DNA from: an uncultured Acidobacteriota bacterium
GTDB lineage: Bacteria > Acidobacteriota > Thermoanaerobaculia > UBA5066
Reading direction: 5' to 3'
NCBI GenBank assembly: GCA_963779415.1
Contig: CAVZYA010000001.1
Span: 800,001-864,000, forward strand
Length of the DNA: 64,000 nt
Position 1 is the first letter of the stretch; every line of letters begins with the position of its first letter. The notes below the pieces were generated by a model, which made no database searches, was not told where the DNA came from, and worked only from the letters and a program-made list of their open reading frames with translations. A program made the position numbers and the translations under genes. Shown piece after piece: positions 17,571 to 28,049 of the stretch.

Positions 17571-18374
17571 TCAGAAGGAGGCGATCTCGCCCGAGACGAC
17601 GGTCTCGACGCCCGATCCCGTATCGAGCCTCAGGAACCCGTCCTCCGTGACGCCGACGTATTTCCCCTTCGTTTCCCGGCCGGCGTCGACGACGGTGAGG
17701 GTCTCCCCCTTCCGGTGCGCCGAAACGGCTTCGAACGCGGCCGCGAGATCGGCGGGGGGAGACTCGAGCCCCGCATCGATCGACTCGAGGAGCGCGACGA
17801 GCGGCCCTTCCCCTTCGAGAAGGCCCGCCGGTGCCCCGGCCACGGCAAGCGAGACGGCGTCCTTTAGCCCGGCCGCATCGAGCGCCTCGCGCGAGGCGCC
17901 GACGTTGAGACCGATCCCCGCCACCGCGTATCCCTCCTCGTCCAGGCCCCGGGCCTCGACGAGGATTCCGCCCAGTTTTTTTCTGCTGACGAGGAGATCG
18001 TTCGGCCACTTGAGGCGGACGTCCAGCCGGAACCGCGACGAGAGGCCGCGCGCCAGGGAGACGCCGAGCCGGATCGGGACCCGGACGCGCTCGGGCCCCG
18101 ACGGCCAGGAGAGAAGAAGCGAGACCGCGAGAGAGGTGTCGTCCGGCGAGACCCACCGCCGCCCCCCGCGCCCGCGTCCCGCGGTCTGGCGACGCGAGAC
18201 GAGAGCCGTCGGCCCGATCTCGGTTCCGTCGGCGAGTAGCTTCTCGGCCACGCTCTTTCCGAGGTCGTTCGTCGAGCCGACGGTGTCCACGAAGACGATG
18301 TTCTCGAGGAACGGGAACCGCCGGCCTCCGAGCGGGGCGCGCGCGCCCAGCGGGGAGCGGAAGGGCGCCGTCAT
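17571..18374 (-). CDS. birA: Biotin--protein ligase (no N-terminal HTH)
   Basis: STND, QTAGRGRGGRRW, LKWPNDL, KKLGGIL, GIGLNV; ATGA overlap with valS. Confidence 0.92.
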   Translation of the reverse strand: MTAPFRSPLGARAPLGGRRFPFLENIVFVDTVGSTNDLGKSVAEKLLADGTEIGPTALVSRRQTAGRGRGGRRWVSPDDTSLAVSLLLSWPSGPERVRVPIRLGVSLARGLSSRFRLDVRLKWPNDLLVSRKKLGGILVEARGLDEEGYAVAGIGLNVGASREALDAAGLKDAVSLAVAGAPAGLLEGEGPLVALLESIDAGLESPPADLAAAFEAVSAHRKGETLTVVDAGRETKGKYVGVTEDGFLRLDTGSGVETVVSGEIASF

Positions 18375-21037
18375 CCCGCCGCCGCTCCGAGATTTCCGGA
18401 GAGCCGCGCGCGGCGTTCCTCCAGCTCGGCCAGCTGCCTGCGGTTCTTCTCGACGACCGCCGGAGGCGCCTTCGCGAGGAAGGCCTCGTCGGCGAGCTTT
18501 TTCCGGAGCGACTCGGCGTCGCGCTCGATCGCCGCGAGCTCCTTCTCGAGCTTCCGCCGCTCCCCGGCCCCCATCTCCTTCACCGGCAGGGCGACGACGA
18601 GCCCGACCGCGCCGATCGCGTCGTGGAAGGCCCCGGGGATCGCGGCCTTCGACGCCACCCGGAGGGACTTCAGCCGCGCGAGGTGGACGAGGAGCGGCGC
18701 GTGCCTCTCGAGAGACGCGGCGAGCGGCCCCTCGGCCTCGAGGGCGGCGTCGAGCGCCTCGGTCTGCGGGAGGCCCCGCTCGGCGCGGAGGTTCCGGATC
18801 CGCGTCGCGGCCGCGCGGAGCGTCTCGACCGTCTGGACGGCGAGCGGGTCGTCCCACGACGGCTCCGCCCTCGGGAACCGCGTGACCGGCAGCCGGTCCC
18901 CGTCCCCGGCGAGGGCGTCGCGGATCTCGCACGAGACGAAGGGCATGAAGGGGTGGAGGAGCGCGAGCGAGTCGAGGAGGACCCGGTGGAGGACGGCGCG
19001 CGTCTTCGCCTTCTCCGTCTCGGAGAGCTCCGGATCGCGGAAGACGGGCTTGGCCATCTCGACGTAGCCGTCGCAGAACTCCGACCAGAAGAAGGCATAG
19101 AGGGCGCTGGCGGCCTCGTCGAACCGGTAGCTCTCGAGCGAGGAGGTGACTTTCGCGATCGCCGTCGAAAGGCGGGCGAGGATCCACCGGTCGACCGTCC
19201 CGAGCGCGCCGTAGTCGAGGACCGTCGCCTCGGGCTTCCCCTCGTGAAGCATCCCGAGGGCGAAGCGCGCGGCGTTCCAGACCTTCGTCGCGAAGGCGCG
19301 GGCCGGCGCGATCCGCGACGTTCCGAAGGGGATGTCGCGGCCCGTCCCCGACTGGATCGCGAGGGCGAACCGGACGGCGTCGGCGCCGAATTCGTCGCAC
19401 ATCTCGAGCGGGTCGATCACGTTCCCCTTCGTCTTCGACATCTTCGCGCCCGCCTCGTCGCGCACGAGGCCGTGGATGACGACGTCGGAGAACGGCGCAC
19501 GGCCGTCGAACCAGACGCCGGACATGATCATCCGGGCGACCCAGAAGAAAAGGATGTCGAAGGCCGTCACGAGGACGGTCGTCGGGTAGAAGCGCGAGAA
19601 GTCGGGGGTCTTCTCGGGCCAGCCGACGACGGAGAGAGGCATGAGCCAGGAAGAGAACCACGTGTCGAAGACGTCGCCGTCCTGCGTCAGGGCCTTCGAC
19701 CCGCAGGTCCCGCAGGCGGTTGGGTCCTCCGCGCCCGGCGCGGGGACGGTCACGTGGCCGTCCGGGCAGTACCAGGCCGGGATCGGGTGTCCCCACCAGA
19801 GCTGGCGGGAGACGCACCAGTCGCGGATGTTCCGCATCCACTCGTCGTACGTCTTCTTCCAGAGCTCCGGAACGAAGCGCGTCTCGCCCGAGTCGGTCGC
19901 GGCCACCGCCTTCCCGGCGAGCGGCCCCGCCTTGACGTACCACTGGAGGGAGACGAGCGGCTCGAGGACGGTGTCGCAGCGCTGGCAGCGCCCGATCGGA
20001 AGGACGTGCGCCTTCTCGCCGCGGCGGAGCCCCGCGGTCTCGAGGTCGCGCAGGACCTTCCGCCGCGCCGCGGCACGGTCGAGCCCCGCGTAGGCCGCCC
20101 CGGAGGCCGCCGTCATCTTCGCGTCGAACCCGATCACGGTGACGATCGAAAGAGAGTGCCGCCTCGCGGCCTCGAAGTCGTTCGGGTCGTGCGCCGGCGT
20201 GATCTTGACGGCGCCCGTCCCGAACTTCGGATCGACGAGCGGGTCGGCCACGACCGGGATCGTCCGGTCCGTGAGCGGAAGCCGCACCTTCTTCCCGACG
20301 ACGTGGCGGTAGCGATCGTCCCCGGGGTGGACGGCCACGGCCGTGTCGCCGAGCATCGTCTCGGGGCGCGTCGTCGCGACGACGATCTCGCCCGAACCGT
20401 CCTCGAGCGGGTAGCCGATCGACCAGAGGAGCCCCGACTGCTCGACGTGGTTCACCTCGAGGTCCGAGAGGACGGTCGCGCAGCGCGCGCACCAGTTCAC
20501 CATCCGCTCCGCCCGGTACGCGAGCCCCTGGTGGTAGAGGGTCGTGAAGGCGTGGCGGACGGCCTTCGAGCGTGGAGCGTCGAGCGTGTAGTACTCGCGC
20601 GAGAAGTCGCACGACGAGCCGAGGCGCCGGATCTGGCTCCGGATGTCTCCCCGGCGCGCCGCGGCCCATTCCCGGCAGATCTCGAGGAACCGCTCGCGCC
20701 CGACGTCGTGCCGCGACTGCCCGGTCCGCTCCCCGAGGTTCCGCTCAACGACCATCTGCGTGGCGATCCCCGCATGGTCGACCCCGGGGAGCCAGAGGAC
20801 GGCCCGTCCCTCCATCCGCCGCCAGCGGCAGAGGATGTCCTCCAGCGTCCGGCCGAGCGCGTGCCCGACGTGGAGCTTTCCGGTCACGTTCGGCGGCGGG
20901 ATGACGATGACGTACGGGACGGCGTCCGGCCCCGCGGCCTCGGGACGGAAGAGCCCCGCCTCCTCGTGGAGGCGGTACCACTTCATCTCGAACGCGACGG
21001 GATCGAAGTTCTTCGGAAGCTCGTGCGGTGCGTTCAT
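18371..21037 (-). CDS. valS: Valyl-tRNA synthetase
   Basis: PPPNVTGKLHVGH, DHAGIATQ, DWCVSRQLWWGH, KMSKTKGN, C-terminal coiled coil. Confidence 0.98.
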   Translation of the reverse strand: MNAPHELPKNFDPVAFEMKWYRLHEEAGLFRPEAAGPDAVPYVIVIPPPNVTGKLHVGHALGRTLEDILCRWRRMEGRAVLWLPGVDHAGIATQMVVERNLGERTGQSRHDVGRERFLEICREWAAARRGDIRSQIRRLGSSCDFSREYYTLDAPRSKAVRHAFTTLYHQGLAYRAERMVNWCARCATVLSDLEVNHVEQSGLLWSIGYPLEDGSGEIVVATTRPETMLGDTAVAVHPGDDRYRHVVGKKVRLPLTDRTIPVVADPLVDPKFGTGAVKITPAHDPNDFEAARRHSLSIVTVIGFDAKMTAASGAAYAGLDRAAARRKVLRDLETAGLRRGEKAHVLPIGRCQRCDTVLEPLVSLQWYVKAGPLAGKAVAATDSGETRFVPELWKKTYDEWMRNIRDWCVSRQLWWGHPIPAWYCPDGHVTVPAPGAEDPTACGTCGSKALTQDGDVFDTWFSSWLMPLSVVGWPEKTPDFSRFYPTTVLVTAFDILFFWVARMIMSGVWFDGRAPFSDVVIHGLVRDEAGAKMSKTKGNVIDPLEMCDEFGADAVRFALAIQSGTGRDIPFGTSRIAPARAFATKVWNAARFALGMLHEGKPEATVLDYGALGTVDRWILARLSTAIAKVTSSLESYRFDEAASALYAFFWSEFCDGYVEMAKPVFRDPELSETEKAKTRAVLHRVLLDSLALLHPFMPFVSCEIRDALAGDGDRLPVTRFPRAEPSWDDPLAVQTVETLRAAATRIRNLRAERGLPQTEALDAALEAEGPLAASLERHAPLLVHLARLKSLRVASKAAIPGAFHDAIGAVGLVVALPVKEMGAGERRKLEKELAAIERDAESLRKKLADEAFLAKAPPAVVEKNRRQLAELEERRARLSGNLGAAAG

Positions 21038-21092
21038 GGCGCGATGAACCGCTGACGTTACCAGAGGGGACGCGGCGCCCCGGGGCGGGAGG

Positions 21093-22304
21093 TCAGTCGG
21101 CCCGCTCCAGCTCGCGAAGCCGCTCGCGGACGAGCCGCTCGGCCATCTCGGGGACGACGTCCCAGGCGACCTTCCGGACCACGCGCTCGCCGAGGATTTC
21201 CACGACGCGACGCGCCACCCGTTCCACGTCGTCGTCCGAGAGCGGGCGGTCCGCGGCCGGGGTCGCCCCGACGATCCGGGTCAGGTCGGTGAGGCTCGCC
21301 CGCGCGGCCAGCGTCTCGAGTTCGCTCGCGTGAGGCTCGGGGAGCGCCCCTCCGAGGGGCGGAATCTCGACCGAGCTTGCGGCCGCATCGGTCTCGTCGG
21401 CCGGCAGGATGAAGACGGGGTGCGCCTCGCGCGAGGCCGCCGATCGCTCGAAGCGGGCAATGTCCACCTCGATGTCCCGACGGGGGACCTCGTCCTCGAG
21501 CCCGCCGAGGTCCACCTCCCAGCCAGGTGACGGAGGTATTCCGGATGCGACCAGAGGGAGCTCCGCTTCGCGGAACGGCTCCGCGACGACTTCCTCCACC
21601 ATCTCCCCGGACGGCGATGTCGGAGGCTCCGCGGCCGGCGGAGCGTCGGATGCAGACGTCTGGATCGCCGCCGCAGCGTAAAGAGTCTCCGGCACGGGGG
21701 GCTCTTCCGCGGACGGAATGACATGACCAACGTTCGTGGGGCTCGTTTCCTCTCCCAGTTCGGGCAGAGCGGGCCCGGGCTCCGGCTCGGGCGGGGCTGC
21801 CTCGATCCCGGCCTCGGCCGGCAAGGCTTCCGTGGCCATCGCTTCCGGCTCGTCCGGAATCGGCTCCGGCTCCGGCTCGGGCGGCAGAGGAGGAGGAGGA
21901 GGGGGCGGCGGCGGGGCCGCGGCTCTCTCCTCCTTCGACCTCACGACGAGGTCGCGGACGAGAGCGAGGAGGGCGTGGGAGTCGAACGGCTTCGTGACGA
22001 CCGTGTCCGCCCCGACGCGGTCGGCACGCGGGCGGTCGAAAGGCTCGAATGTCCCGGTCAGCATCACGACCGGGATGTAGGCGCCGTACGGAAGCCTCTT
22101 TACCGCCTCGCACAGCTCGTAGCCCGTGAGGCCCGGCATCACGGCATCGGCCAGAACGATGTCGGGCTCGTACTCGGCGAGGAGACCGGCGGCCTTGTCG
22201 CCGCTCCCCACCGCGCGAAGCTCCCACTCCGAGCCGGCGAACGTGAGCTCCACGACCTTCTGGATCGTCAGACTGTCGTCCGCAAGGAGGATCCGGTGGC
22301 CCAT
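21093..22304 (-). CDS. RomR-like response regulator (receiver + Pro/Glu-rich linker + conserved C-terminal helix)
   Basis: ILLADDSLTIQKVV receiver; low-complexity linker; C-terminal KVAWDVVPEMAERLVRE; adjacent to valS. Confidence 0.8.
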   Translation of the reverse strand: MGHRILLADDSLTIQKVVELTFAGSEWELRAVGSGDKAAGLLAEYEPDIVLADAVMPGLTGYELCEAVKRLPYGAYIPVVMLTGTFEPFDRPRADRVGADTVVTKPFDSHALLALVRDLVVRSKEERAAAPPPPPPPPPLPPEPEPEPIPDEPEAMATEALPAEAGIEAAPPEPEPGPALPELGEETSPTNVGHVIPSAEEPPVPETLYAAAAIQTSASDAPPAAEPPTSPSGEMVEEVVAEPFREAELPLVASGIPPSPGWEVDLGGLEDEVPRRDIEVDIARFERSAASREAHPVFILPADETDAAASSVEIPPLGGALPEPHASELETLAARASLTDLTRIVGATPAADRPLSDDDVERVARRVVEILGERVVRKVAWDVVPEMAERLVRERLRELERAD

Positions 22305-23279
22305 TCACACTCTCCGGCCGAGAAAATGACGTCCTGTTCGGGCGTTCTCCGAGTCTACTACGCCCGCATCCCCCAGGGCCCCCTGAAGCGCCGCGAAGAC
22401 GCGCGACGCGGGCACCCGTCCGGTGACCGCCGAAAGCGCTCGCGAGGCCGCGGCGACGGCCCCAAGCGAGATGCCGGTCTCCCGGCCCATCCCGTGGAGA
22501 AGGTAGAGAAGGTCCTCCGTCGCCACGTTTCCGGCGGCTCCCGGCGCGTAGGGACATCCGCCGAGCCCCCCGGCCGAGGCGTCGAAGATCCGGACCCCCG
22601 CGCGAAGCCCTTCGACGACGTTCGCGAGCGCCGTCCCGCGCGTGTCGTGGAAATGAAGGGCGACCGCTCCGATCGGGACCCCCGCTTCGACCGTCCTTCC
22701 GCAGACGTCCGGCACCTGCGTCGGGACGGCGACGCCGATCGTGTCGCCGATCGAGATCTCGTCGCACCCCGCCGAAAAAAGCCTCGCCGAAACGGCCGCG
22801 GCCGCCTCCGGGCGGACCGTCCCCTCGTAAGGGCAGCCGAAGGCGCAGGAGACGTAGCCGCGCACGCGCATCCCGGCCCGCTTCGCCCGCCCGATCACGG
22901 GAGCGAATCGCCCGAACGACCCGTCGATCGTCGCGTTGATGTTCCGGAGATTGAAGGTCTCGGAGGCGGCCGTGAAGACGGCGATCTCTCGCACCCCCGC
23001 CGCCTCGGCCCGGTCCATCCCCTTCTCGTTCGGCACGAGGACGGGATAGCGGACCCCCTCCCGCTTCCGGATCCTCCGGAAGACCTCCTCGCCGTCGGCG
23101 AGCTGCGGGATCGCGCGCGGCGAGACGAACGCCGTCGCCTCCACGACGGGGAGCCCCGCCGCCGCGAGCGCCTCGATGAAGGCCACTTTCGCCTCCACCG
23201 GGACGACGGCGGCCTCGTTCTGGAGGCCGTCCCGCGGCCCCACCTCGACGACCGTGACGCGGCCCGGCGCGGCGCTCAC
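22305..23279 (-). CDS. liuE: Hydroxymethylglutaryl-CoA lyase
   Basis: EVGPRDGLQNE, HFHDTRG, GGLGGCPYAPGA.GNVATED. Confidence 0.93.
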   Translation of the reverse strand: MSAAPGRVTVVEVGPRDGLQNEAAVVPVEAKVAFIEALAAAGLPVVEATAFVSPRAIPQLADGEEVFRRIRKREGVRYPVLVPNEKGMDRAEAAGVREIAVFTAASETFNLRNINATIDGSFGRFAPVIGRAKRAGMRVRGYVSCAFGCPYEGTVRPEAAAAVSARLFSAGCDEISIGDTIGVAVPTQVPDVCGRTVEAGVPIGAVALHFHDTRGTALANVVEGLRAGVRIFDASAGGLGGCPYAPGAAGNVATEDLLYLLHGMGRETGISLGAVAAASRALSAVTGRVPASRVFAALQGALGDAGVVDSENARTGRHFLGRRV

Positions 23280-23674
23280 TCGATCTCCACGAGCCGGTCC
23301 CCCGCCGAGACCATCGAGCCTTCCGAGACCCGGAGATTCCGGACGACCCCCGCCCGCGAGGCGCGTACCGGGTGCTCCATCTTCATCGCCTCGAGGAGGA
23401 GAAGTGTCGTCCCTCTCGCGACGGTCTCTCCCTCCGCCACGAGGAGCGCGCGCACCTTTCCGGGCATCGGCGCCACGAGATCGTGCTCGGCCTCGTCCGA
23501 AGCGGCGGCACGACGAACCGCCGCACGCTCGATCCGGTAGGTCTCGCCCTCGAAGAAGACCCAGACGAGGTTTCCGTCCCGGACGGCGCGCAGGGGAGCG
23601 GCCCCGTCCGACGGCGCAGGTCGACGTTCCTCCGGCTCGAAGAGGGTCCCGGTCACGGTGTCACGCAGTCTCAT
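23276..23674 (-). CDS. Biotin carboxyl carrier protein of methylcrotonyl-CoA carboxylase
   Basis: APMPG, EAMKM biotinylation motif. Confidence 0.9.
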   Translation of the reverse strand: MRLRDTVTGTLFEPEERRPAPSDGAAPLRAVRDGNLVWVFFEGETYRIERAAVRRAAASDEAEHDLVAPMPGKVRALLVAEGETVARGTTLLLLEAMKMEHPVRASRAGVVRNLRVSEGSMVSAGDRLVEIE

Positions 23675-25143
23675 CGCAGCACCCGGAATCCCCCTGCTTC
23701 GAAGGGATCAGGGAAAGAGACGCTCTTTCGGTGAGCCTCCGGCACATTCGAGGAAAATTCCCGGTGGGCGGCCTCGAAAACCGCCTTCGGCGGAGGGGGG
23801 GCGGGCGGGACCGCGAGCCTTTCGAGAAGCGACGTGTCCATCTCCCCGCGCCGGACCGGCCCGGTGTCGAGGACGCGCCGCAGGTAGGAGAGATTCGTCG
23901 TCACGCCGAGAGCGACCGTCTCTCCGAGAGCCGTGGCGAGCCGCCGCCTCGCCTCCTCGCGCGTCGCGCCGCGGGCGATCACTTTCGCGAGCATCGGATC
24001 GTAGTGGACCGACACCTCGTCCCCGGCCCGGACTCCAGAGTCGACGCGAACGCCGGGGCCGGACGGTTCTTCCCAGACGAGGAGACGCCCCGTCTGCGGG
24101 AGGAAGCCGTTCTCCGCGTCCTCGGCGTAAACCCGCGCTTCGAAAGCGTGGGCATGGGGGGTCCGGGGGATCTGATCGGGAAGCGGCTCTCCGGCCGCGA
24201 CGCGGAGCTGAAGAGCGACGAGGTCGAGCCCGAAGGCCTCCTCCGTGACGGGGTGCTCCACCTGCAGCCGCGTGTTCATCTCGAGGAAGAAGAAGGTCCC
24301 GTCGGGCGCGAGAAGGAACTCCACGGTCCCGGCGCTTTCGTACGCGACCGCTCGCGCCGCCGCGACCGCCGCCTCCGAGAGGCGCCTGCGAAGCTCCGGG
24401 GAAACGGCGGGCGACGGGCTCTCCTCGATCACCTTCTGATGGCGGCGCTGGAGGGAGCACTCGCGCTCCCCCACCGCGACGACGCGCCCGTGCCGGTCGC
24501 CGAAGACCTGCACTTCGACATGACGGGGCCGCTCGAGGTATCTCTCGGCATAAAGCGTCCCGTCCCCGAAGGCCGCCTCGGCCTCGCGCCCGCAGGACGC
24601 GAGAGCGTCGGAAAGCTCCGCGGCGTCCCTGACGACTCGCATCCCCTTCCCGCCTCCCCCCGCCGACGCCTTGATCACGATCGGAAAGCCGACGAGAGAG
24701 GCAAGCCCGGACGGCGAGAGGTCGTACGACCCGGGGACGACCGGAATCCCCGCGGCGCGCATCCGCTCGCGCGACGGGATCTTCAGCCCCATCGCCTCGA
24801 TCGCTGCCGGTGGCGGACCGACCCACGCGAGCCCCGCGTCCTCCACCGCGCGCGCGAACGCCGCGTTCTCGGAGAGGAACCCGTAGCCGGGATGGACCGC
24901 GTCACAGCCGGTCCGGACCGCGGCCTCGAGGACCCTCTTCGGGTCGAGGTACGAGGAGGCCGCCGGAGGCGGTCCGATGAGAACGGCGTCCGCCGCGAGC
25001 CGGACGTGCCGGGCGCCGGAGTCCGCCTCCGAGAAGACGGCGACCGGCTCGATTCCCGCCGTCCGGCAGCCTCGAATGACGCGGACGGCGATCTCGCCGC
25101 GGTTCGCGACGAGCAGCCTCCGGATCGGCCGGAGCGTCGTCAC
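23671..25143 (-). CDS. Biotin carboxylase subunit (methylcrotonyl-CoA carboxylase alpha)
   Basis: [46 protein letters not shown]. Confidence 0.93.
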   Translation of the reverse strand: MTTLRPIRRLLVANRGEIAVRVIRGCRTAGIEPVAVFSEADSGARHVRLAADAVLIGPPPAASSYLDPKRVLEAAVRTGCDAVHPGYGFLSENAAFARAVEDAGLAWVGPPPAAIEAMGLKIPSRERMRAAGIPVVPGSYDLSPSGLASLVGFPIVIKASAGGGGKGMRVVRDAAELSDALASCGREAEAAFGDGTLYAERYLERPRHVEVQVFGDRHGRVVAVGERECSLQRRHQKVIEESPSPAVSPELRRRLSEAAVAAARAVAYESAGTVEFLLAPDGTFFFLEMNTRLQVEHPVTEEAFGLDLVALQLRVAAGEPLPDQIPRTPHAHAFEARVYAEDAENGFLPQTGRLLVWEEPSGPGVRVDSGVRAGDEVSVHYDPMLAKVIARGATREEARRRLATALGETVALGVTTNLSYLRRVLDTGPVRRGEMDTSLLERLAVPPAPPPPKAVFEAAHREFSSNVPEAHRKSVSFPDPFEAGGFRVLR

Positions 25144-25144
25144 T

Positions 25145-25960
25145 TCAGGCCCGTTCCTTCTCCCGGGCCGCCCACGACGGAGGCCGCTTCTCGAGGAACG
25201 CCGTGACCCCTTCGCGCCCCTCGGCCGAGGCCCGGCGCTCCGCGATCCGCTGCACCGTGAGCGTCTGCTGCTCGCGCGGCGCGAGCGAGGCCACCGTCCG
25301 GACCAGCTTCTTGGCCTCCGCCAGCGCCTCCGGTCCTCCGAGCAGGAGCGAGGCGATCACCTCTTCCGCGACCGAGGCGAGGGACGCCTCCGCGGCGACG
25401 ACGTGGACGAGGCCGATCCGCCGCGCCTCGTGCGCATCGAACCGCCCTCCCGTGAGGAACCACTCCCGTGCACGCGACTCGCCGATTTTCCGGATGACGT
25501 ACGGCGAGATGACGGAGGGGATGAGGCCGAGCCGGACCTCGGTCGTGCCGAAGAGAGTCCCTTCGGCCGCGACCGCGACGTCGCAGACGGCGACGAGCCC
25601 CGTCCCCCCGCCGAGAGCGGCTCCGTGGACCCGGCCGAGGAGGGGCTTCGGAAGCTCGTCCATGAGGCGGAAGAGCTCGGCCAGCTCTGCCGCGTCGCGG
25701 CGGTTCTCCTCCATCGTGAAGCCCGCCATCCGTTTCATCCAGTTCAGGTCGGCGCCGGCGCAGAAGGCCTTTCCTTCGCCCGAGAGCTCGACGACATGGA
25801 CGGCCGGATCCGACGCGAGCGACCGGAAGACGCGTTGAAGCTCACGGACGAGAACGTCGTCGAATGCGTTCCGGATCCCGGGACGCGCGAGGACGACCTG
25901 CGCCACGCGCCCCCCGTGCGACCGCTCCACCCGGACGGGACCTTTCGGCTTTGCGCTCAC
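25145..25960 (-). CDS. liuC: Methylglutaconyl-CoA hydratase (enoyl-CoA hydratase family)
   Basis: [26 protein letters not shown]; position in liu operon. Confidence 0.88.
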   Translation of the reverse strand: MSAKPKGPVRVERSHGGRVAQVVLARPGIRNAFDDVLVRELQRVFRSLASDPAVHVVELSGEGKAFCAGADLNWMKRMAGFTMEENRRDAAELAELFRLMDELPKPLLGRVHGAALGGGTGLVAVCDVAVAAEGTLFGTTEVRLGLIPSVISPYVIRKIGESRAREWFLTGGRFDAHEARRIGLVHVVAAEASLASVAEEVIASLLLGGPEALAEAKKLVRTVASLAPREQQTLTVQRIAERRASAEGREGVTAFLEKRPPSWAAREKERA

Positions 25961-25973
25961 GACCGATTCCTCC

Positions 25974-27587
25974 TCACATCCGGAAGACGCCGAATCGGGA
26001 CTCCGAAACCGGCGCGTTGAAGGCGGCCGAGAGCCCGAGGGCGAGCACGGTGCGCGTCTCCTTCGGGTCGAGGATGCCGTCGTCCCAGAGGCGCGCGGTC
26101 GCGTAATAGGGGCTCCCCTCGGCCTCGTACTTCTGGAGCGTCGGCCGGCGGAACGCCTCGCGCTCCTCCGGCGTCATCCGGGGCTTTCCCTCGCGCTCGC
26201 GCTGCTCGTCCTTGACGGTCGCGAGGACGTCCGCCGCCTGCTCGCCCCCCATGACGCTGATCCGCGCGTTCGGCCAGCTCCAGAGGAAGCGGGGCTGGTA
26301 CGCGCGGCCGCACATCCCGTAGTTTCCGGCCCCGAAGGAGCCGCCGACGATGAGGGTCAGCTTCGGGACCGCGGCGTTGGCGACCGCATGGACCATCTTC
26401 GCTCCGTCCTTTGCGATCCCTCCGTGCTCGGCGGCCTTCCCCACCATGAAGCCCGTGATGTTCTGGAGGAAGAGGAGCGGGAGGCGCCGCTGCGAGGCCA
26501 TCTCGATGAAATGGGTCGCCTTGAGGGCCGATTCCGAGAAGAGGACTCCGTTGTTGGCGAGGACCGCCACCGGGAATCCCGCGATCCGCCCGAAGCCGGT
26601 GACGAGCGTCGCCCCGTAACGGGCCTTGAACTCGTGGAAGCGCGAGCCGTCGAGAATCCGCGCGAGGATCTCCCGGACGTCGTACGGCCGCCTGAGGTCG
26701 GCGGGAAGGACCCCGTAGATCTCCTCGGCGGGGTAGAGAGGCTCCTCGGGAGCGGCGAGGTCGCCGGGGAGGGACTTGACCGTGTTCAGGCGCGAGACGA
26801 TCTCGCGCACGCGGGCGATCGCGTCGGCGTCGTCGTCGGCGAGATGGTCGGCGACCCCCGAGAGGCGCGTATGGACGTCGCCTCCCCCCAGCTCCTCCGC
26901 CGTCACGCTCTCCCCCGTCGCCGCCTTCACGAGGGGCGGGCCGGCGAGGAAGATCGTCCCCTGCTCCTTCACGATGACGGTCTCGTCCGACATCGCCGGG
27001 ACGTAGGCACCCCCCGCCGTGCACGAGCCGAGGACGGCCGCCACCTGCGCGAGGCCCGCCGCGCTCATCCGCGCCTGGTTGTAGAAGATCCGGCCGAAGT
27101 GGTCGCGGTCCGGGAAGACCTCGTCCTGGAGCGGCAGGAAGGCGCCGCCGGAATCGACCAGATAGACGGACGCGAGGCCGTTCTCGGCGGCGATCTCCTG
27201 CGCGCGGAGATGCTTCTTGACGGTGATCGGAAAGTAGGTTCCGCCCTTCACCGTCGCGTCGTTCGCGACGACCATCACCTCGCGGCCGGAGACGCGCCCG
27301 ATCCCGGTGACGAGCCCCGCGCACGGCGCGGCGCCGTCGTACATCCCGAAGCCCGCGAGGGGCGCGATCTCGAGGAACGCGCTCCCCGCGTCGAGAAGCT
27401 GCTCGATCCTCTCGCGGACGGGGAGCTTTCCGCGCCCCGTCTGCCGGCCGCGCTCCTTCTCGCCGCCGCCGTCCCGCGCGCGCGCCACCTCCTCGCGCAG
27501 TCGCGCGGCGAGGGCGGCGTGGTGACGGTGGTTCGCGCCGAACTCTTCCGACCTGGGGTCGATTCGGGAGACGAGGACTTCGCTCAC
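25974..27587 (-). CDS. liuB: Methylcrotonyl-CoA carboxylase carboxyltransferase (beta) subunit
   Basis: [43 protein letters not shown]. Confidence 0.95.
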   Translation of the reverse strand: MSEVLVSRIDPRSEEFGANHRHHAALAARLREEVARARDGGGEKERGRQTGRGKLPVRERIEQLLDAGSAFLEIAPLAGFGMYDGAAPCAGLVTGIGRVSGREVMVVANDATVKGGTYFPITVKKHLRAQEIAAENGLASVYLVDSGGAFLPLQDEVFPDRDHFGRIFYNQARMSAAGLAQVAAVLGSCTAGGAYVPAMSDETVIVKEQGTIFLAGPPLVKAATGESVTAEELGGGDVHTRLSGVADHLADDDADAIARVREIVSRLNTVKSLPGDLAAPEEPLYPAEEIYGVLPADLRRPYDVREILARILDGSRFHEFKARYGATLVTGFGRIAGFPVAVLANNGVLFSESALKATHFIEMASQRRLPLLFLQNITGFMVGKAAEHGGIAKDGAKMVHAVANAAVPKLTLIVGGSFGAGNYGMCGRAYQPRFLWSWPNARISVMGGEQAADVLATVKDEQREREGKPRMTPEEREAFRRPTLQKYEAEGSPYYATARLWDDGILDPKETRTVLALGLSAAFNAPVSESRFGVFRM

Positions 27588-27593
27588 CGGCCG

Positions 27594-28010
27594 TCAGCCG
27601 GCCGCGGCGACGCGTCCCGTGAGCCGCCGGATCGCCTCGACGGTGTCGCCCGTCGTCGTCCCCGGCAGAAAGATCTCGCGGACGCCCTTCGCCCGGAGAG
27701 CCACGATGTCCTTCTCCGGAATGATCCCGCCGACGACGACGGGAATCTGGCCTCCGCCCCGCTCCTCGAGCGCCTTGAGCACTTCCGGAACGAGGACGTT
27801 GTGCGCGCCGGAGAGGATCGAGAGGCCGACGACGTCGACGTCTTCCTGCACGGCGGCCGCGGCGATCTGCGGCGGAGTCTGCCGGAGGCCCGTGTAGATG
27901 ACCTCCATGCCGGCGTCCCGAAGGGCGCGCGCGATCACCTTCGCTCCGCGGTCGTGGCCGTCGAGGCCGGGCTTGGCGATGAGGACCCGGATGGGACGTT
28001 CGGCTTTCAT
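27594..28010 (-). CDS. Cobalamin-binding small subunit of an acyl-CoA mutase
   Basis: [12 protein letters not shown] (DxHxxG), [15 protein letters not shown]. Confidence 0.92.
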   Translation of the reverse strand: MKAERPIRVLIAKPGLDGHDRGAKVIARALRDAGMEVIYTGLRQTPPQIAAAAVQEDVDVVGLSILSGAHNVLVPEVLKALEERGGGQIPVVVGGIIPEKDIVALRAKGVREIFLPGTTTGDTVEAIRRLTGRVAAAG

Positions 28011-28049
28011 CGGGACCGATTCTAATAGAATGACTTGCAGGGAGACGGG

